The notes under the pieces are model-generated. The model searched no databases. It had not been told where the DNA came from and was given only the letters and a program-made list of their open reading frames with translations. From the NCBI GenBank assembly GCA_038087875.1, contig CM075999.1, positions 1 to 64,000 of the forward strand: DNA of 64,000 nucleotides, given 5' to 3'. A program made the translations under genes and the position numbers. This DNA comes from Malacoraja senta. Its lineage: Eukaryota. Positions 26,231-38,334 of the stretch are shown one piece after another (the stretch's first letter is position 1; each line of letters opens with the position of its first letter).

Positions 26231-27101
26231 TTAACCTTTCCTATCTTTAGTTAATGAAGGAACTGCAGATGATGGTTTTTGTCTCAGTTTATTTTAGTTT
26301 AGTTTTCAGTTTAGTAGTATCTTATGGGACTATGTTAGTCAAGAGTCAAGAGTGCTTTATTGTCATATGTCCCAGATAGAACAATTAAATTCTTACTTGC
26401 AGCAGCACAACAAAATATATAAGCATAGTACACTGTAAACAATGTAATAAACGAGAGAGAAAAAAAAGTTCAGATGGGGTTAGTTGAGATAACAGTTCAG
26501 ATAAAAGGTTAGATGGGGCATCTTGGTATCCGTAAGGCATGCAGGTTTATAAGTATTCCTCTAAACCTTTCCTATCTTTAGTTTAGTTTAGATTAGAGAT
26601 ACAGCATGGAAACAGTCTATAAAAACTTTATACGTTTATATTTGATGAAAATGTATCATAAGTTAACAAATGAATGCTCGATGTTTTTGGCCTCTGATCA
26701 TAACAGTTGTGCATTGATGTTACTAACTATTATAAGAGGGCTGGGTTTAAAAAAAAAAAAAAATGGTGATCCAAAGTTAACTTTCTCAATCTTTCTAAGA
26801 ATGTGCCATTAAGCCCATGGAATAAACATATTGGGCAAGGTTCAAGCTTTGGCCACAGTTGGCTATCTTACTACAACTTGGCCCCAGCACTTTAATGTGA
26901 AATTATGCTTCATGTTTCTGCTCAGATTCCATTGCATAATTCCAAGCACTAAATCTTCCTTCTGCCAGTTCAATTATCCAGCATTTTCGGAGCTAGTTTT
27001 GGACAAAAGTAAAAAATATTTCATGTTATTCTCGACCTGTTCCACCAATACACTTGAAAATTGATTTAAATGCAGAAAATAGGTGGATTTAATGAGAATG
27101 A

Positions 27102-27198
27102 AGTTAGACACAAAATGCTGGAGTAACTCAGCGGGACAGGCAGCATCTCTAGAGAGAAGGAATGGGTGACGTTTCGGGTCGAGACCCTTCTTCAGACG
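27102..27198 (-). mobile_element. Single-arm Penelope-derived mini-element with intact minimal hammerhead motif and 13-bp TSD
   Basis: Minus strand 27195-27168 reads CTGAAGA-A-GGGTCTCGACCC-GAAAC-GTC; TSD ttaatgagaatga at 27089-27101 and 27199-27211. Confidence 0.78.
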
Positions 27199-27214
27199 TT
27201 AATGAGAATGACAC

Positions 27215-27645
27215 AGGTTGGATAGACTTGAATTGCTACCCCTGGAACGTCAGAGGTTGAGGGGAGACTTGATAGAAGTATATAAAATTATGAGAGGCAT
27301 AGAAAGGGTAGACAGTCGGAACCTGTTTCGCAGGGTGGAAATGTCCAACACGAGAGGGCATTGCTATAAGAAAGTGGCATGGAGATGTGCAAGGCAAGTT
27401 TTTTTTTACACACAGAGAGTGGTGGGGGCCTGGAACGCATTGTCAGGAGTGGTGGTGGCTACAGATACAATAGTGGTATTTAAGAGGCCTTTGCATAGGC
27501 ACATGGATAGGCAGGGAATGGAGGATGTGGATCATGTACAGGCAGATGAGATTAACTTGGCAGATTAACTTGGCATAATCCTCGGCACAAACAGAGTGCG
27601 TTGTCGGGCCTGTTCCTGTGCTGTACTGTTCTACGTTATATGTTC
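27215..27645 (+). mobile_element. Old CR1 3' fragment
   Basis: RLRGDLIEVYKIMRG...TRGH...TQRVVGAWNAL. Confidence 0.85.
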
Positions 27646-28849
27646 AATAAACTTTTCACTGGTGAATACAATATTATAAATAAATGACATTTAAAATAAT
27701 CAATTTATTGATTCCACCATAAACTCTCTATGGAACTGCTGTGCGGCAATGCTGAGAACTATATACTGCATTCTCTATCTTGCCCTTTGCTCAACCTGTT
27801 GTGCTTGAGTTGGTCTTGATTGTATTGATGTATAATATTATATGATTTGATTGAATAGCATGCAAAACAATGCTGTACTCTGTACCTCGGTACACATGAC
27901 GATAATAAACCTAAACTTTAGTGCCGTTGTACATCAAAACAAGCTTAACTTTAAGAGCCTTTGTGAAGATCTGTAAATGCTGGCAAATAACATAAACTTG
28001 CCTTAGTGATGAGTTTAATTTGTAGGGGGTCCCTGTTTTGTGGGTTTTGTCAGACTCGACAGCAATGTTTTTGAAACTTCTGCAGATTTCCTCAGAAATT
28101 CAACTTGCACTTCCCATAACTTCCAATGGTAATTTCTGCCGATTTTACAAGTTTTATCAACTGGTAGAAATTTATTTTGACTGCAAAAATAAACCATCTA
28201 ATGAACTGACTCTGCAATTGACTTCATGAAATTATTGATGTCTATTCTGCATTGCACAAATTAAGTTTTGTACTTCCAAATGTCATCAATTGCAGATTGT
28301 TTTCACAGATGATATTATACAAATGCAAAGCAAATACAGGTTGATGATACAGACCACATTTCAATTGCTTGTTCATCTCTGCAATATACTTGCACAAACA
28401 GGCTGATTGTAAGCGGAAACAATATAGTCCGACACATTTGCTGATGACGCATTTCACATTTGTTTAATGTGAAATATGCTGCGATCGGATCAAACTTGCT
28501 TATTTTCGAATCTGAAAACTATGTTGTGTGATACCAATTTAATGAGTTCATTTGCTGTAGGGCTAAACAAAGCAATCTCACAGATGATATGTTGAACAGA
28601 GGAAGAATCACTGACTCTGCATCCCATGAATGTTTATTTTTGATTCCTGGCTACATAACTGATTAGCATGCAGTAATAAGAACTGCAGGAAAATAACACA
28701 ACTGTATAAACAACGCTTTAATCTATTAAAATATACACATCCATCAGGCCACCATTAGTAATAGGTTATGCTTTAAAATCAGAGGGTCTCTCAGGCAAAT
28801 TAAACATGCTGTTTGATCAAACAAGAACTCTATTCAACCATTAGATGAA

Positions 28850-29095
28850 CAACATTGCACTGAACTTGGAGATAATGATGAATCAATACAAACATTTTTT
28901 TTTTAAATGACTGCATTTTGTGATATTTGCTAATCATAACTGGCCAGATTATGTTACTTGAACATGAAGCAAGCTAAAAAACACAAATCTTTTGGAGCAA
29001 AGAATGATCAAGTCTGAAACAGACAACAAATGAGAAGTGGAAGCAGTGACATTGTGTTGTCAGTGATTTTTGATAATTTAATATCGGGACAGGAT
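28850..29095 (+). repeat. Copy A of a diverged ~250-bp direct repeat flanking the NFIA exon
   Basis: Shares cactgaac..gagat.atgatgaatc.ata.aaaca and caaatctttggagcaaaga.tg.tcaa.tctgaaacagaca.caaatgaga with 31384-31635. Confidence 0.8.
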
Positions 29096-30338
29096 TTCTA
29101 ACCTTACTAAAGTTATTCAACTGTCTTGTCACGGTTCTGACAAGGTAAACTTGTAGAGGTAAATAGTTTTTCCGCTATTATACAACATAAGCTTTTTCAA
29201 ATGACATTCAAGAAAAAGAATCCACTTTATCAACAGAACATATTCCACCAAATAGCATGCTTAAAAAAGCCTCATATCCCAACATCAGCTTGCACGGACA
29301 CACTTCACAACTGATGTTCAAAGACTGCCAATAAACAAATCCCAATCTTAAGAGCTAAACACCTCTCAAAACACCAAAGCAGCGGAGAATTACAGACAAA
29401 AGACAATTACACGTCCCATTTACACTGTCTAACATCTACCTCAACCGGAGAAAAAAAAATGGAATAGTTCAAAGATGCACACCAAGAAAATCACAGCTCA
29501 CTATTAAACAGTCAGACGGTAAAAACTGCACAGATTCTATCAATAAAGCCACGAGTGTGACTGATTGTTGTGGGAATACTCACTGTATGAAAATCAGCAG
29601 GGCTAAGAATGAACAAATCTAATAGTTGGGCAATAGAGTTTGCTGCAAAAAATTAAGAAGTATGCAAAGAAATCTTAAAACACCAATGGTTAAAACTATG
29701 TATACAATGAAGCACTATACTGGTTGGAAAGTACAAATAAAGGGCAGAGTATTTGGAGCCTGATGAATGTGGGACACTTCTGAAACATCTTCATGCATGG
29801 ACAATCTAATGACCTATTTTATACAATAGGCATTCTCCTTAATGAAGCACAATTACTCCATCAACAGTGGTAGCCAGACTGAATAGGCAAACTCATTACA
29901 CCACTGAATTAGCGACATTCATTTGCTGCATTTGAGAGAGCAATACAGAAGTGGAAAAAAAGTTAGGAACTGGTTTGTTCCGAGACCAAATTCACCAATT
30001 GGGTTATATCTTTGTATATTATCTTCTGATATAATAACAGCCTTTTCTCAGCTACTGCTGCACATTTGAGACAAAGATTAAAATATAAATCATCTTGCTT
30101 TAGAAGCACAGTGACGACAACACAAGGGTTTCTTTTACGGCGCACAGCCTCCTTGATGGAAAGTTCATGCCTACATCGTTACCCTTCGATACGTAATACT
30201 TCATAACATTCCAAATTTATCCCTACGTTCTCCCCTTACGAAAAGACAACAGACATCGCTGAATTGTGAATGCCCCTCACGTTATCTATTGAGTCGGCGT
30301 GAGAAACAAAACGCTGGAGAAAAAGAGACTGGCTGCCA

Positions 30339-30344
30339 ACTCAC
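30339..30344 (-). promoter_or_regulatory. NFIA: 5' splice donor GTGAGT of the NFIA first exon
   Basis: Plus strand reads actcac at 30339-30344, i.e. ATG|GTGAGT on the minus strand. Confidence 0.85.
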
Positions 30345-30440
30345 CATCCACCACGTCTTGGCTGACATGTCATAGCACAGCTGCCATTTGATGGAGCTGT
30401 CATTTGCCTTCCCGGCCATTCTGTTGCCAGCAACCTGCAT
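30345..30440 (-). CDS. NFIA: Alternative (distal) first coding exon of Nuclear Factor I A, 32 codons: MQVAGNRMAGKANDSSIKWQLCYDMSAKTWWM
   Basis: Manual minus-strand translation. ATG at 30440, in-frame TAA 60 nt upstream (30500-30498), 96 nt ending in phase 0 at a GTGAGT donor. The peptide aligns without gaps to the mammalian NFI-A N-terminus as I recall it (MKLADSVMAGKASDGSIKWQLCYDISARTWWM), which splices to DEFHPF. Exon 2 is not seen in the window. Confidence 0.88.
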
Positions 30441-31383
30441 GTGATATAGCTTGCTGAAGATAAGAAGCCTAATCGAGAGGACGTATGCTGCGGCATGTTA
30501 AGGCAGATGTAAGACAATCCCTGTCAGGCTGCATGACGGGTAGAGACATTTTGCCCCTAATAGCCCAACCTTGCAGCTGTATTAAGCATATTAGGTTTAC
30601 TTAGGCTGCAGTTGTGAGAGAGTGGGAGCTTCCAATATGTTCTGGTGGGTGGCTACAGAGGTTAAGAGGCAGTCCACTTTTATTTGCGTTTTCTCAGTTC
30701 CACGCATTCCACTCGAGAATGGTTACCCCAATTGCACTCAGCATTTATCATCAAACGCTATTTTACGACTGATCTAGATTTTCAGTGGTTTGTGACTGGG
30801 ACAGCCCTGTTTCTGCACAGTGCTTATGGGCCAGAACACACAGGTTGTACAGACTGCTGGGAGAGAGCCGAACTTGCCACAGGCTATGACTTCTCACCCC
30901 ATAACAGCAGATGGAACTGGTTAAGGCTTCATTCCACATTTTGTTTTCACTATCTTACTGGAAAGAAAAAGGAGAAAAAGGAACTCATTATCGGCGCAGA
31001 GATTTTTACCCTGTGCGTGTTTTACCGTGCAGAAGTTGAACAGACCCTCATACATCCGGCAGTGGCCCACGTTACAAGTGCAACTGAACCTTGAGGCTTA
31101 CTTTCAAAATCTCATGTGCTCTGGTGTGTTTTTTAATTGCCTTTGATAGGACAGTATTCTTTGATAATGCCTGTCAATGCCAGCAGTGATGCACACTCTT
31201 CAGAAATGCAAGCAACGTCCAAATTTCCCACATTTTGCATCTGTGGATCAGTGCGAATACAAAAGTTGGCATGGATTTAAATACTAAAGCCATTTGTACC
31301 CCCTCCCCTGGTGGAATTTAGTCTTGTTTTTACTAGAAGAACTCCTTGTAAATTTGGAACGAGCACTTCACGAGGCCGACTAG

Positions 31384-31635
31384 ATTACACTGAACGTCGA
31401 GATTATGATGAATCCATAGAAACAATGTTTTTACATTTACTACACCCTGTGAACGTAACAGCACAGATTAAGATGAGCTTAGACTGCCATAAAGCGAGCA
31501 AAATAATGCAAATCTTTGGAGCAAAGATTGTTCAACTCTGAAACAGACAGCAAATGAGACCAGCGATACATTGTTATTTTGGAACGAACGTTGATACATG
31601 ATTTATTAATTATGATAATTGTCTTCCAGGATTCT
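31384..31635 (+). repeat. Copy B of the diverged direct repeat
   Basis: Same motifs in the same order and orientation as copy A, about 2.53 kb away. Confidence 0.8.
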
Positions 31636-32237
31636 GCACCATCTTGAGTGATTTATGTTTTAATGTCATTGCTATCTTTAAAAAAAAAAAGTTATTGACA
31701 ATATAAAAAATAATTGGCGGCTAAACACATGTCTGTGGCCGCCGTAGATGCCGTAAATCCCAGCACAACCCAACGACTGTCCTTACTGGAGATGTTGATC
31801 ACTCGCGCAAAATGTATTTCTCAGCCGACTTTCCAAACAAAATTTAAGAAGAAATTCGTCTTCAAATTCATGGTAGCGTTGTGGAGCAGTATTTCGGAGA
31901 GGTGACCTGTATATTCGTAAGTGAGGCTTCCTGATGCATGTAATCTGTTCCATTCCCTGCTGAGTTTTTCTGTTTATACAGGTGTATGATTTATTTAAAA
32001 TAAAATGCAGATTATTTTTGTAACTTCAGAAATAATTCTAATAATGAGGGGCCTCTTTCCTGAAGAGACCACTCTTCGATATTTTTGGATTTTACAGTTT
32101 TCTTGTTGGTATTTATACGTACAGTTATTTGTCTCTGGGTGATTTCACACGCAGGCTCGATAGAGGTGTGGATTGGGCTACATTGCGGTTCATTTTCAAT
32201 TAACTTTTCCTTGGTTCAAACATGCTATTGAAGATGA

Positions 32238-32445
32238 GTAGGAAAGAACTGCAGATGCTGGGTTAAATCGAAGGTAGACACAAAATACTGGATTAACTCA
32301 GCGGGACAGGCAGCTTCTCTGGAGAGAAGGAATGGGTGATGTTTCGGGTCGAGACCCTTGAAGGGTTCTTGACCCGAAACGTCACCCATTCCTTCTCTCC
32401 AGAGATGCTGCCTGTCGTGCAGAGTTATTCCAGCATTTTGTGTCT
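32238..32445. mobile_element. Palindromic Penelope-derived mini-element marking the right edge of the TE-free island
   Basis: Inverted arms; imperfect TSD acatgctattgaagatga / acatgctatttgagatga. Confidence 0.75.
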
Positions 32446-34254
32446 ACATGCTATTTGAGATGATGCCTTGCACCCTCTGTTTCAAGATTTTGCCTCCCCA
32501 TTAGTCAAGAGTGGAAAGGTACTGAACTTAGAACAGTAAAGTACAGGAACAGTCCCTTCGGTCCTCAATGTCCATGCTGAACATAATTTCCTCCGCCTGC
32601 ACGTGATCCATATCACTCCATTCCCTGCATATCCATGTCCCTATCTAATAATCTGTTAAACACCACAACCATATCTGCCTTCACCACTACCTTGTTTCAG
32701 ACACCCACTTCTCCCTGTGTGAAAAAACCCTGTCCTGCACATCTCCTTTAAACTTTGCCCCTCTCACCTTAAAGCTATGCCCTCTAGTATTAAAATTTTC
32801 CAACCTGGGAAAAAGGTTCTGATTGTCTACCCTATCTATACCTCTCATAATTTTATATACTTCTTTCAGCTCTGTCCACAACCTCCGGCATGCCAGAGAA
32901 AACAATCCAAGTTTGTCTGATGGACTGAATCAAATCCTTGAGAATGTAAACACACATTTCAATTAATGTTAAGTCGCAAAATGTTACATTAGTAAGTAAC
33001 ACAAGGTTGTAACTGGTAGGAAACCCTCGATATTCAGCTGCTTTTTGCTACTCAGGATACAAAGAAACTATGGGTACTGCTCCCCCTCTGTGATTCCTCC
33101 TGCTCTCCGACCACATTTTAACCCAGACATGCTCTGCTTTTAATCTGTCCTTTTCACGCCTTACATGCTCCTTGTATCTCTAAACTAAACTAAACACTGC
33201 CCCATGGCCTCTCTTTTTGACGTAAAGTAAAACCAAGGTGCTACTTGAGATGCAGTGGCTGCACTAAAAGTGAGATCCCTACATCTTCTTCAAACTGAGG
33301 CACGAGACAAGAACGGACCTGGCCCGAAACATCACCTGAGCATTTCCGCCTGACCCGTTGAGTTGCTCCAGCACTTCATGTCATGTTTGTAAACATGCAT
33401 TCCGGGTACGTGTGGGCTTGTGGATAGATTGGCTTCTGCAGGTTGTCCATAGTGTGTATGATGGTGCTGGTGTGCGGGGTGATTGCTGGTCCGCGGGGAA
33501 TCCGAGGGCCGAAGGGCCTGTTTCCACACTGTATCTCTAATAGACCGTCTACCTAATCTATGCCTCATAATTTTATATCCTTCTACGAGATCTCCCCTCA
33601 GCCTCCACCACTGAACAGAATGGGGAGAAATTGAGGAAAACAAGTCCACAAAAGACTGAAAGATTAAAGATTTCATAATCAAATTGTAAGACAAATGCTA
33701 TGTTGTCAATTAGCAAATGGTAATAATGTAGTAGCAGGTATTTAGTTAGTAACTATGCACATATAATTTTACTTTACTGTACATGGCATTCACAGGCCAA
33801 ATCTGCAGTATACAAATAACTTGATAATATTTTCCTTTTGTATAAAACATACTGATTCACAAATAGTTCTCACTTGCTAAAACAAAAGCTATTATCCTCA
33901 CTTTCTCACTGATCCTTACTTAAACACAGCCAACGAACAAATGGTAACTAACAAAACACCTCTTATAAATGTGTTCAAAAAATGTCAAGAGATTTGATGG
34001 TATGCCAATTAGACATTTTTCATTTTCCACCACTAATTTTAAGGGATGCCACATTGTTGCAGCTGTTGCCTGCCTCTACATTAGTCCCACTTGCCTGCGT
34101 TAGAGCTGCTGCCTCACAGTGCCAGGATCGATCCGAACCTCAGGTGCTGTCTGTGTGGAGTTTGCATTTTCTCTGTGAGTGCTGCGTTTCCTCTGGGTGG
34201 TATGATTTCCTCCTAGGTTAACTGGCCTCTGTAAATTGCCCCTAGTATTCATAG

Positions 34255-34768
34255 TCTCTCTGAGGATCCTTCAGTGCTTCTACTCTGGGGCTGTAGAAAG
34301 CATATTGTCCGGCAACATCACAAACTGGTTTGGGAACAGCTCCTGCAGAGAGTAGTGCGTTCGGCCGAACGCACTGTGGGAACTACACTCGCCCCCCTGC
34401 AGGACCTATACACCAGGAGGTGCAGATCCAGAGCCAGCAACATTATGGGGGACCCCTACCACCCCAGCAACGGACTGTTCCAGCTGCTTCGGTCAGGCAA
34501 ACGCTTCCGCTGTCATGCTGTGAAAACAGAGAGGATGAGACGGAGTTTCTTCCCACAGGCCATCAAGACTGTAAACTCTTATCTCACCAGGGACTAATTT
34601 ACTGATGTGTTGTGTGTCTTGTAAACAATTATTTTTCTAACATGTAAATACTGATTCTGTTCTATTCTGTTCTGTAGTTTTTTGCACAATCCGCAGGGAT
34701 TGCCACTTTCATTTCACTGCACATCTTGTATATGTATGTGACAAATAAAGTTGACTTGACTTGACTTG
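34255..34768 (+). mobile_element. Rex1/Babar-like 3' fragment with (GACTT)n tail, inserted in a SINE
   Basis: ESILSGNITNWFG, LQRVVRSAERTVG, FQLLRSGKRFR, RSFFPQAIK motifs. Confidence 0.78.
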
Positions 34769-37700
34769 TATGTAGGGAGTGAATGAGAAATCGGCTAGCA
34801 TAGAACTAGTGCGAATGTATGATTGATGATCAGAGTAGATTCAGTTGAGGCGTATTATTGTCACCTGTACTGAGGCACAGTGAAAAGCTTTGTTTTGCGT
34901 GCTATCCAAACAGATAAGGTACAACTCAAGTACAATAGGTAGAGGGAGGGGGAAGATACAGAGTGCAGAATATAGTTTTCAGCTTTGTAGCGCATCAGCT
35001 CCAGAGACAAAGTCCAATATCTGTAATGAGGTAGAGGTGAATCAGATGGGACCCCAGATTATGGAAGGACAATCCAGAAGTGAGCCTAAATGCCTGTTTT
35101 CATGCTGTATCTTTCAATCAGCCACAAAGTTAATTGTGAAAAAGGACACAATGTGCTGGAGTAACTCAGCGGGTCAGGCAGCATCTCTGGAGAACATGCA
35201 TAGGTGATGTTTCAGGTTAGGACCCTTCTTCAGACTCGGTGAGTGGAGGACAATGCTTTGTGGTAAAGCCAAGACAATTGATGTCGTGCTGAAAATAAAA
35301 AGGTCCAGAGAGGGCAGAAGGCCAGTGGGAGGAGGGTCCATAATGAGTATGAATATTGGAGATGGGGTCATCACTGGGATGCGGGGGGCGACAACTTCCT
35401 GCCAGAGAAAAGGACCCAAAGGCGAAGGTGACAGAAGAAAGAGCTCAACATCTTGATGGGGTTTGGAACTCGTTGAGGTGTGGGCAGAAGAGGTCAAAGG
35501 TAGGTCCTCTGCTGACCAAGGAGGTGGTCAGTGAGGATGGTGAAAATACGACAGGGCTAAGGGCTGGGGTCAGAATCAGGCTTTGAGGGTGGCAGAGGAT
35601 CCTGCTCTGAAGAAGGGTCGCAACCTGAAATGTCACCTCCCCAAGTTCTCCAGTGATGCTGCCAGACCCGCTGAGTTATTCCAGCACTTTGTGTCGGTTT
35701 TGTGTGAACCAACATCTGCAGTTCCTTGTGGCTCCGTGAAGTTAATTGTTGTGCTTTACAAACGGTCTGATAGGTTTCTGGACAAGAGTTTGCCCGTTGA
35801 ATGGTTGAGAAGGAGATGACTGGGGTGTGATCTCTGGTGTGTGGTGCCTGAATGATTTACCTAACACCTGGGAAGGATGCACATGGGAGATGTGGAGAAC
35901 TCTTGCCCCTCCTGCAGAACAGGAAGCCTCATGTGACTGTCACAACTCACATCACATGAGGATGAGCAGCTAATGTGCTGTTGTATTCATCACTGTGGGA
36001 GGTGAAAATACAGGAGAATGTTTCACGTTAGTCATCAAAATCAAGTACTTCTGGGGTGGCAATGGCTCTTGGTGTCGAATTGAGTGTCACTGCTGCCCCA
36101 GAAGCTTCAGCAACCCCGCTTCAATCCCGACCTCTAATCGCTTGGGTTTCCTTCGTGTTTCAAGAGTCACGTCAAGAGGCAAGATTATTCAATATATATA
36201 CACTGACAACAGAACAATGAAATTCTTAGCTTGCAGCTGCATAACAGATCTGTAAACACAGTATACGTACATGACATATTGACTTTCGGCCCACCAAGTC
36301 CAGAGATAACTCGTACACTAACATTACCGTACACACGAGGGACAATTTACAATTTTGCAGAAGCCAATTAACCAGCAAACATGCATGTGTATGGAGTGCT
36401 GGAGGAAACCAGAGCACTCGGAGAAAACCCACACGGTCACGGGGGGAACGTAAAACTCCGTACAGGATCGAACTCGGGTCTCCTGCGCTGCAAGGCAGCG
36501 GCTTTACCCCAGCGCCACTGTGCCGCCCTCAATAAGCAAAATGTCAATAAATTAATAACCTCAACACTAGTACAAAAAGCCCAAAGCCCTCAGTGCAGAA
36601 ATAGTCTATAGAAGTACTTGTTGAGGTTAGTGTTGTGCAGCGTTCAAGAGCCTGATGGATGTGGGCAAGAAGCTACTCTTGAACCTAGCGGTCACGGTTA
36701 GACATGGGCGCTGATGGTATTGGCCTTTGTAAATTATCACAAAGTGCAAGCACGTGGGTCCTCAAAGTCTTATGAAGAGATGATGGGAAAGTGCTGTGTA
36801 TAAAGTGGGATTAATGCAGCATTGGTGTAAATGGGTGATTGGTGTGTGAATTTATGATTCCAGACTTACTCTCTGCACATGCAGCCAAAATAATGCGGTT
36901 CAACTTACGGTCAGAAAATAACTTCTTCTGCATCAGATACCAATTCTTCCACCACCTGCACCAAGTTCCCTTAGGCCAGCATCCATGAAACTTCCATTCA
37001 TTCCTGCATGTGGGTCGATTTTGTTCGTGGATTCATATTTCCTGTCAACTGATGGAAAAATATAACATGAAAAAACCCCAGTAAATACACAGCAGGTCAG
37101 GAAGTATCTGGGGAGAGAAACAGGGACAACATTTTAGGGTGAAAAACAAAAACAACTGCCAATGCTGGGAATCTGAAATATTAACAACAAAGTCTCGAAA
37201 CACTCAACGGATCAGACAGCATCTGTGGAAAGTTCAGTTTGGTTCAGTTTAGTATATTGTCGTGTGCTAACCAGCCAGTGGAAAGACAGTACATGATTAC
37301 AATCGAGCTATTCACAGTGTAGAGATGCATGATAAGGGAATAACGTTCAGTGCAGGGTAAAGCCAGTAAAATCTGATCAAAGATAATCCAAGGGTCCCCA
37401 ATGAGGTAGATAGTTGTTCAGGACTGCTCTCAGGTTAAAGAGATAAAGGATCTCCAATTTGAAACATTAACACGATCTGTTTTCATTTCAACTTTCTGGC
37501 ACCTGCACTTCTTTGCTTTTCCATGAGAAAAATGAAATTCAATTCAGTTTAGGCCAGGAGGAAAAAGACATGCTTTCTTTCAGTTTTCTTCTTGTGAGCT
37601 TATTAATTTTTTTGCTGCTGGATCCTATAACGGTCCCTGTCCTACCACCAGCCCTTGCCACTTTGTATGCCTTATTATTCGACTAAACACTATCCTTAAC

Positions 37701-37868
37701 CTAAGATAGACACAAAACGCTGGAGTAACTCAGCAGGACAGGCAGCATCTCTGGATAGAAGGAATGGGTGTCTGAAGAAGGGTCGCGAACTGAAACGTTA
37801 ACCATTCCTTCAATCCAGAGATGCTGCCTGAGTTATTCCAACATTTTATGTCTATCTTCGATGTAAAC

Positions 37869-38283
37869 TAGAATTTAGGAGATTGAGAGGGGATCTTATA
37901 GAAACGTACAAAATTCTTATGGGGTTGGACAGGCTAGATGCAGGAAGATTGTTCCCGATGTTGGGGAAGTCCAGGACAAGGGGTCACAGCTTAAGGATAA
38001 GGGGGAAATCCTTTAATGCCGAGATGAGGAAAAACGTTTTCACACAGAGAGTGGTGAATCTCTGGAACTCTCTGCCACAGAGGGTAGTTGAGGCCAGTTC
38101 ATTGGCTATATTTAAGAGGGAGTTAGATGTGGCCCTTGTGGCTAAAGGGATCAGGGGGTATGGAGAGAAGGCAGGTACGGGATACTGAGTTGGATGATCA
38201 GCCATGATCATATTGAATGGCGGTGCAGGCTCGAAGGGCCGAATGGCCTACTCCTGCACCTATTTTCTATGTATCTATGTATC
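37869..38283 (+). mobile_element. Young CR1 3' fragment, near-identical to 25815-26230, nested in a Penelope-derived element
   Basis: TSD taaac (37864-37868 and 38284-38288); host element TSD acactatccttaacct (37687-37702 and 38310-38325). Confidence 0.9.
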
Positions 38284-38334
38284 TAAACCAGCATCTGTAT
38301 TTCCTTCCCACACTATCCTTAACCTCCTTTGTTA

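Larger units (their letters stand above)
27920..32220. promoter_or_regulatory. Transposon-free island: putative NFIA distal promoter and proximal enhancers
   Basis: About 4.3 kb with no recognisable SINE, CR1 or Penelope copy, in a window where these occur every few hundred bp. It surrounds the NFIA exon. Confidence 0.6.

Noticed and set aside
28875..29017. Box C (ATGATGA) and box D (CTGA) in both copies of the direct repeat (also 31405-31541), suggesting C/D snoRNAs
   Set aside because: There is no terminal stem, similarity extends well beyond both boxes, I recognise no guide sequence, and the strand is antisense to the host intron.
1..30338. NFIA exon 2 (DNA-binding domain, DEFHPFIEALL...)
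   Set aside because: Not found in the ORF track or by eye; it should lie beyond the left edge of the window.
30684..31094. 136-aa plus-strand ORF in the TE-free island (also 31311-31541 and 29963-30145)
   Set aside because: Non-ATG starts, no recognisable domain and no supporting splice structure.
36909..37048. Possible minus-strand exon (tttttccatcAG ... GTAAGT) upstream of the NFIA exon
   Set aside because: Stops in all frames and no other support; cannot be told from chance splice motifs.
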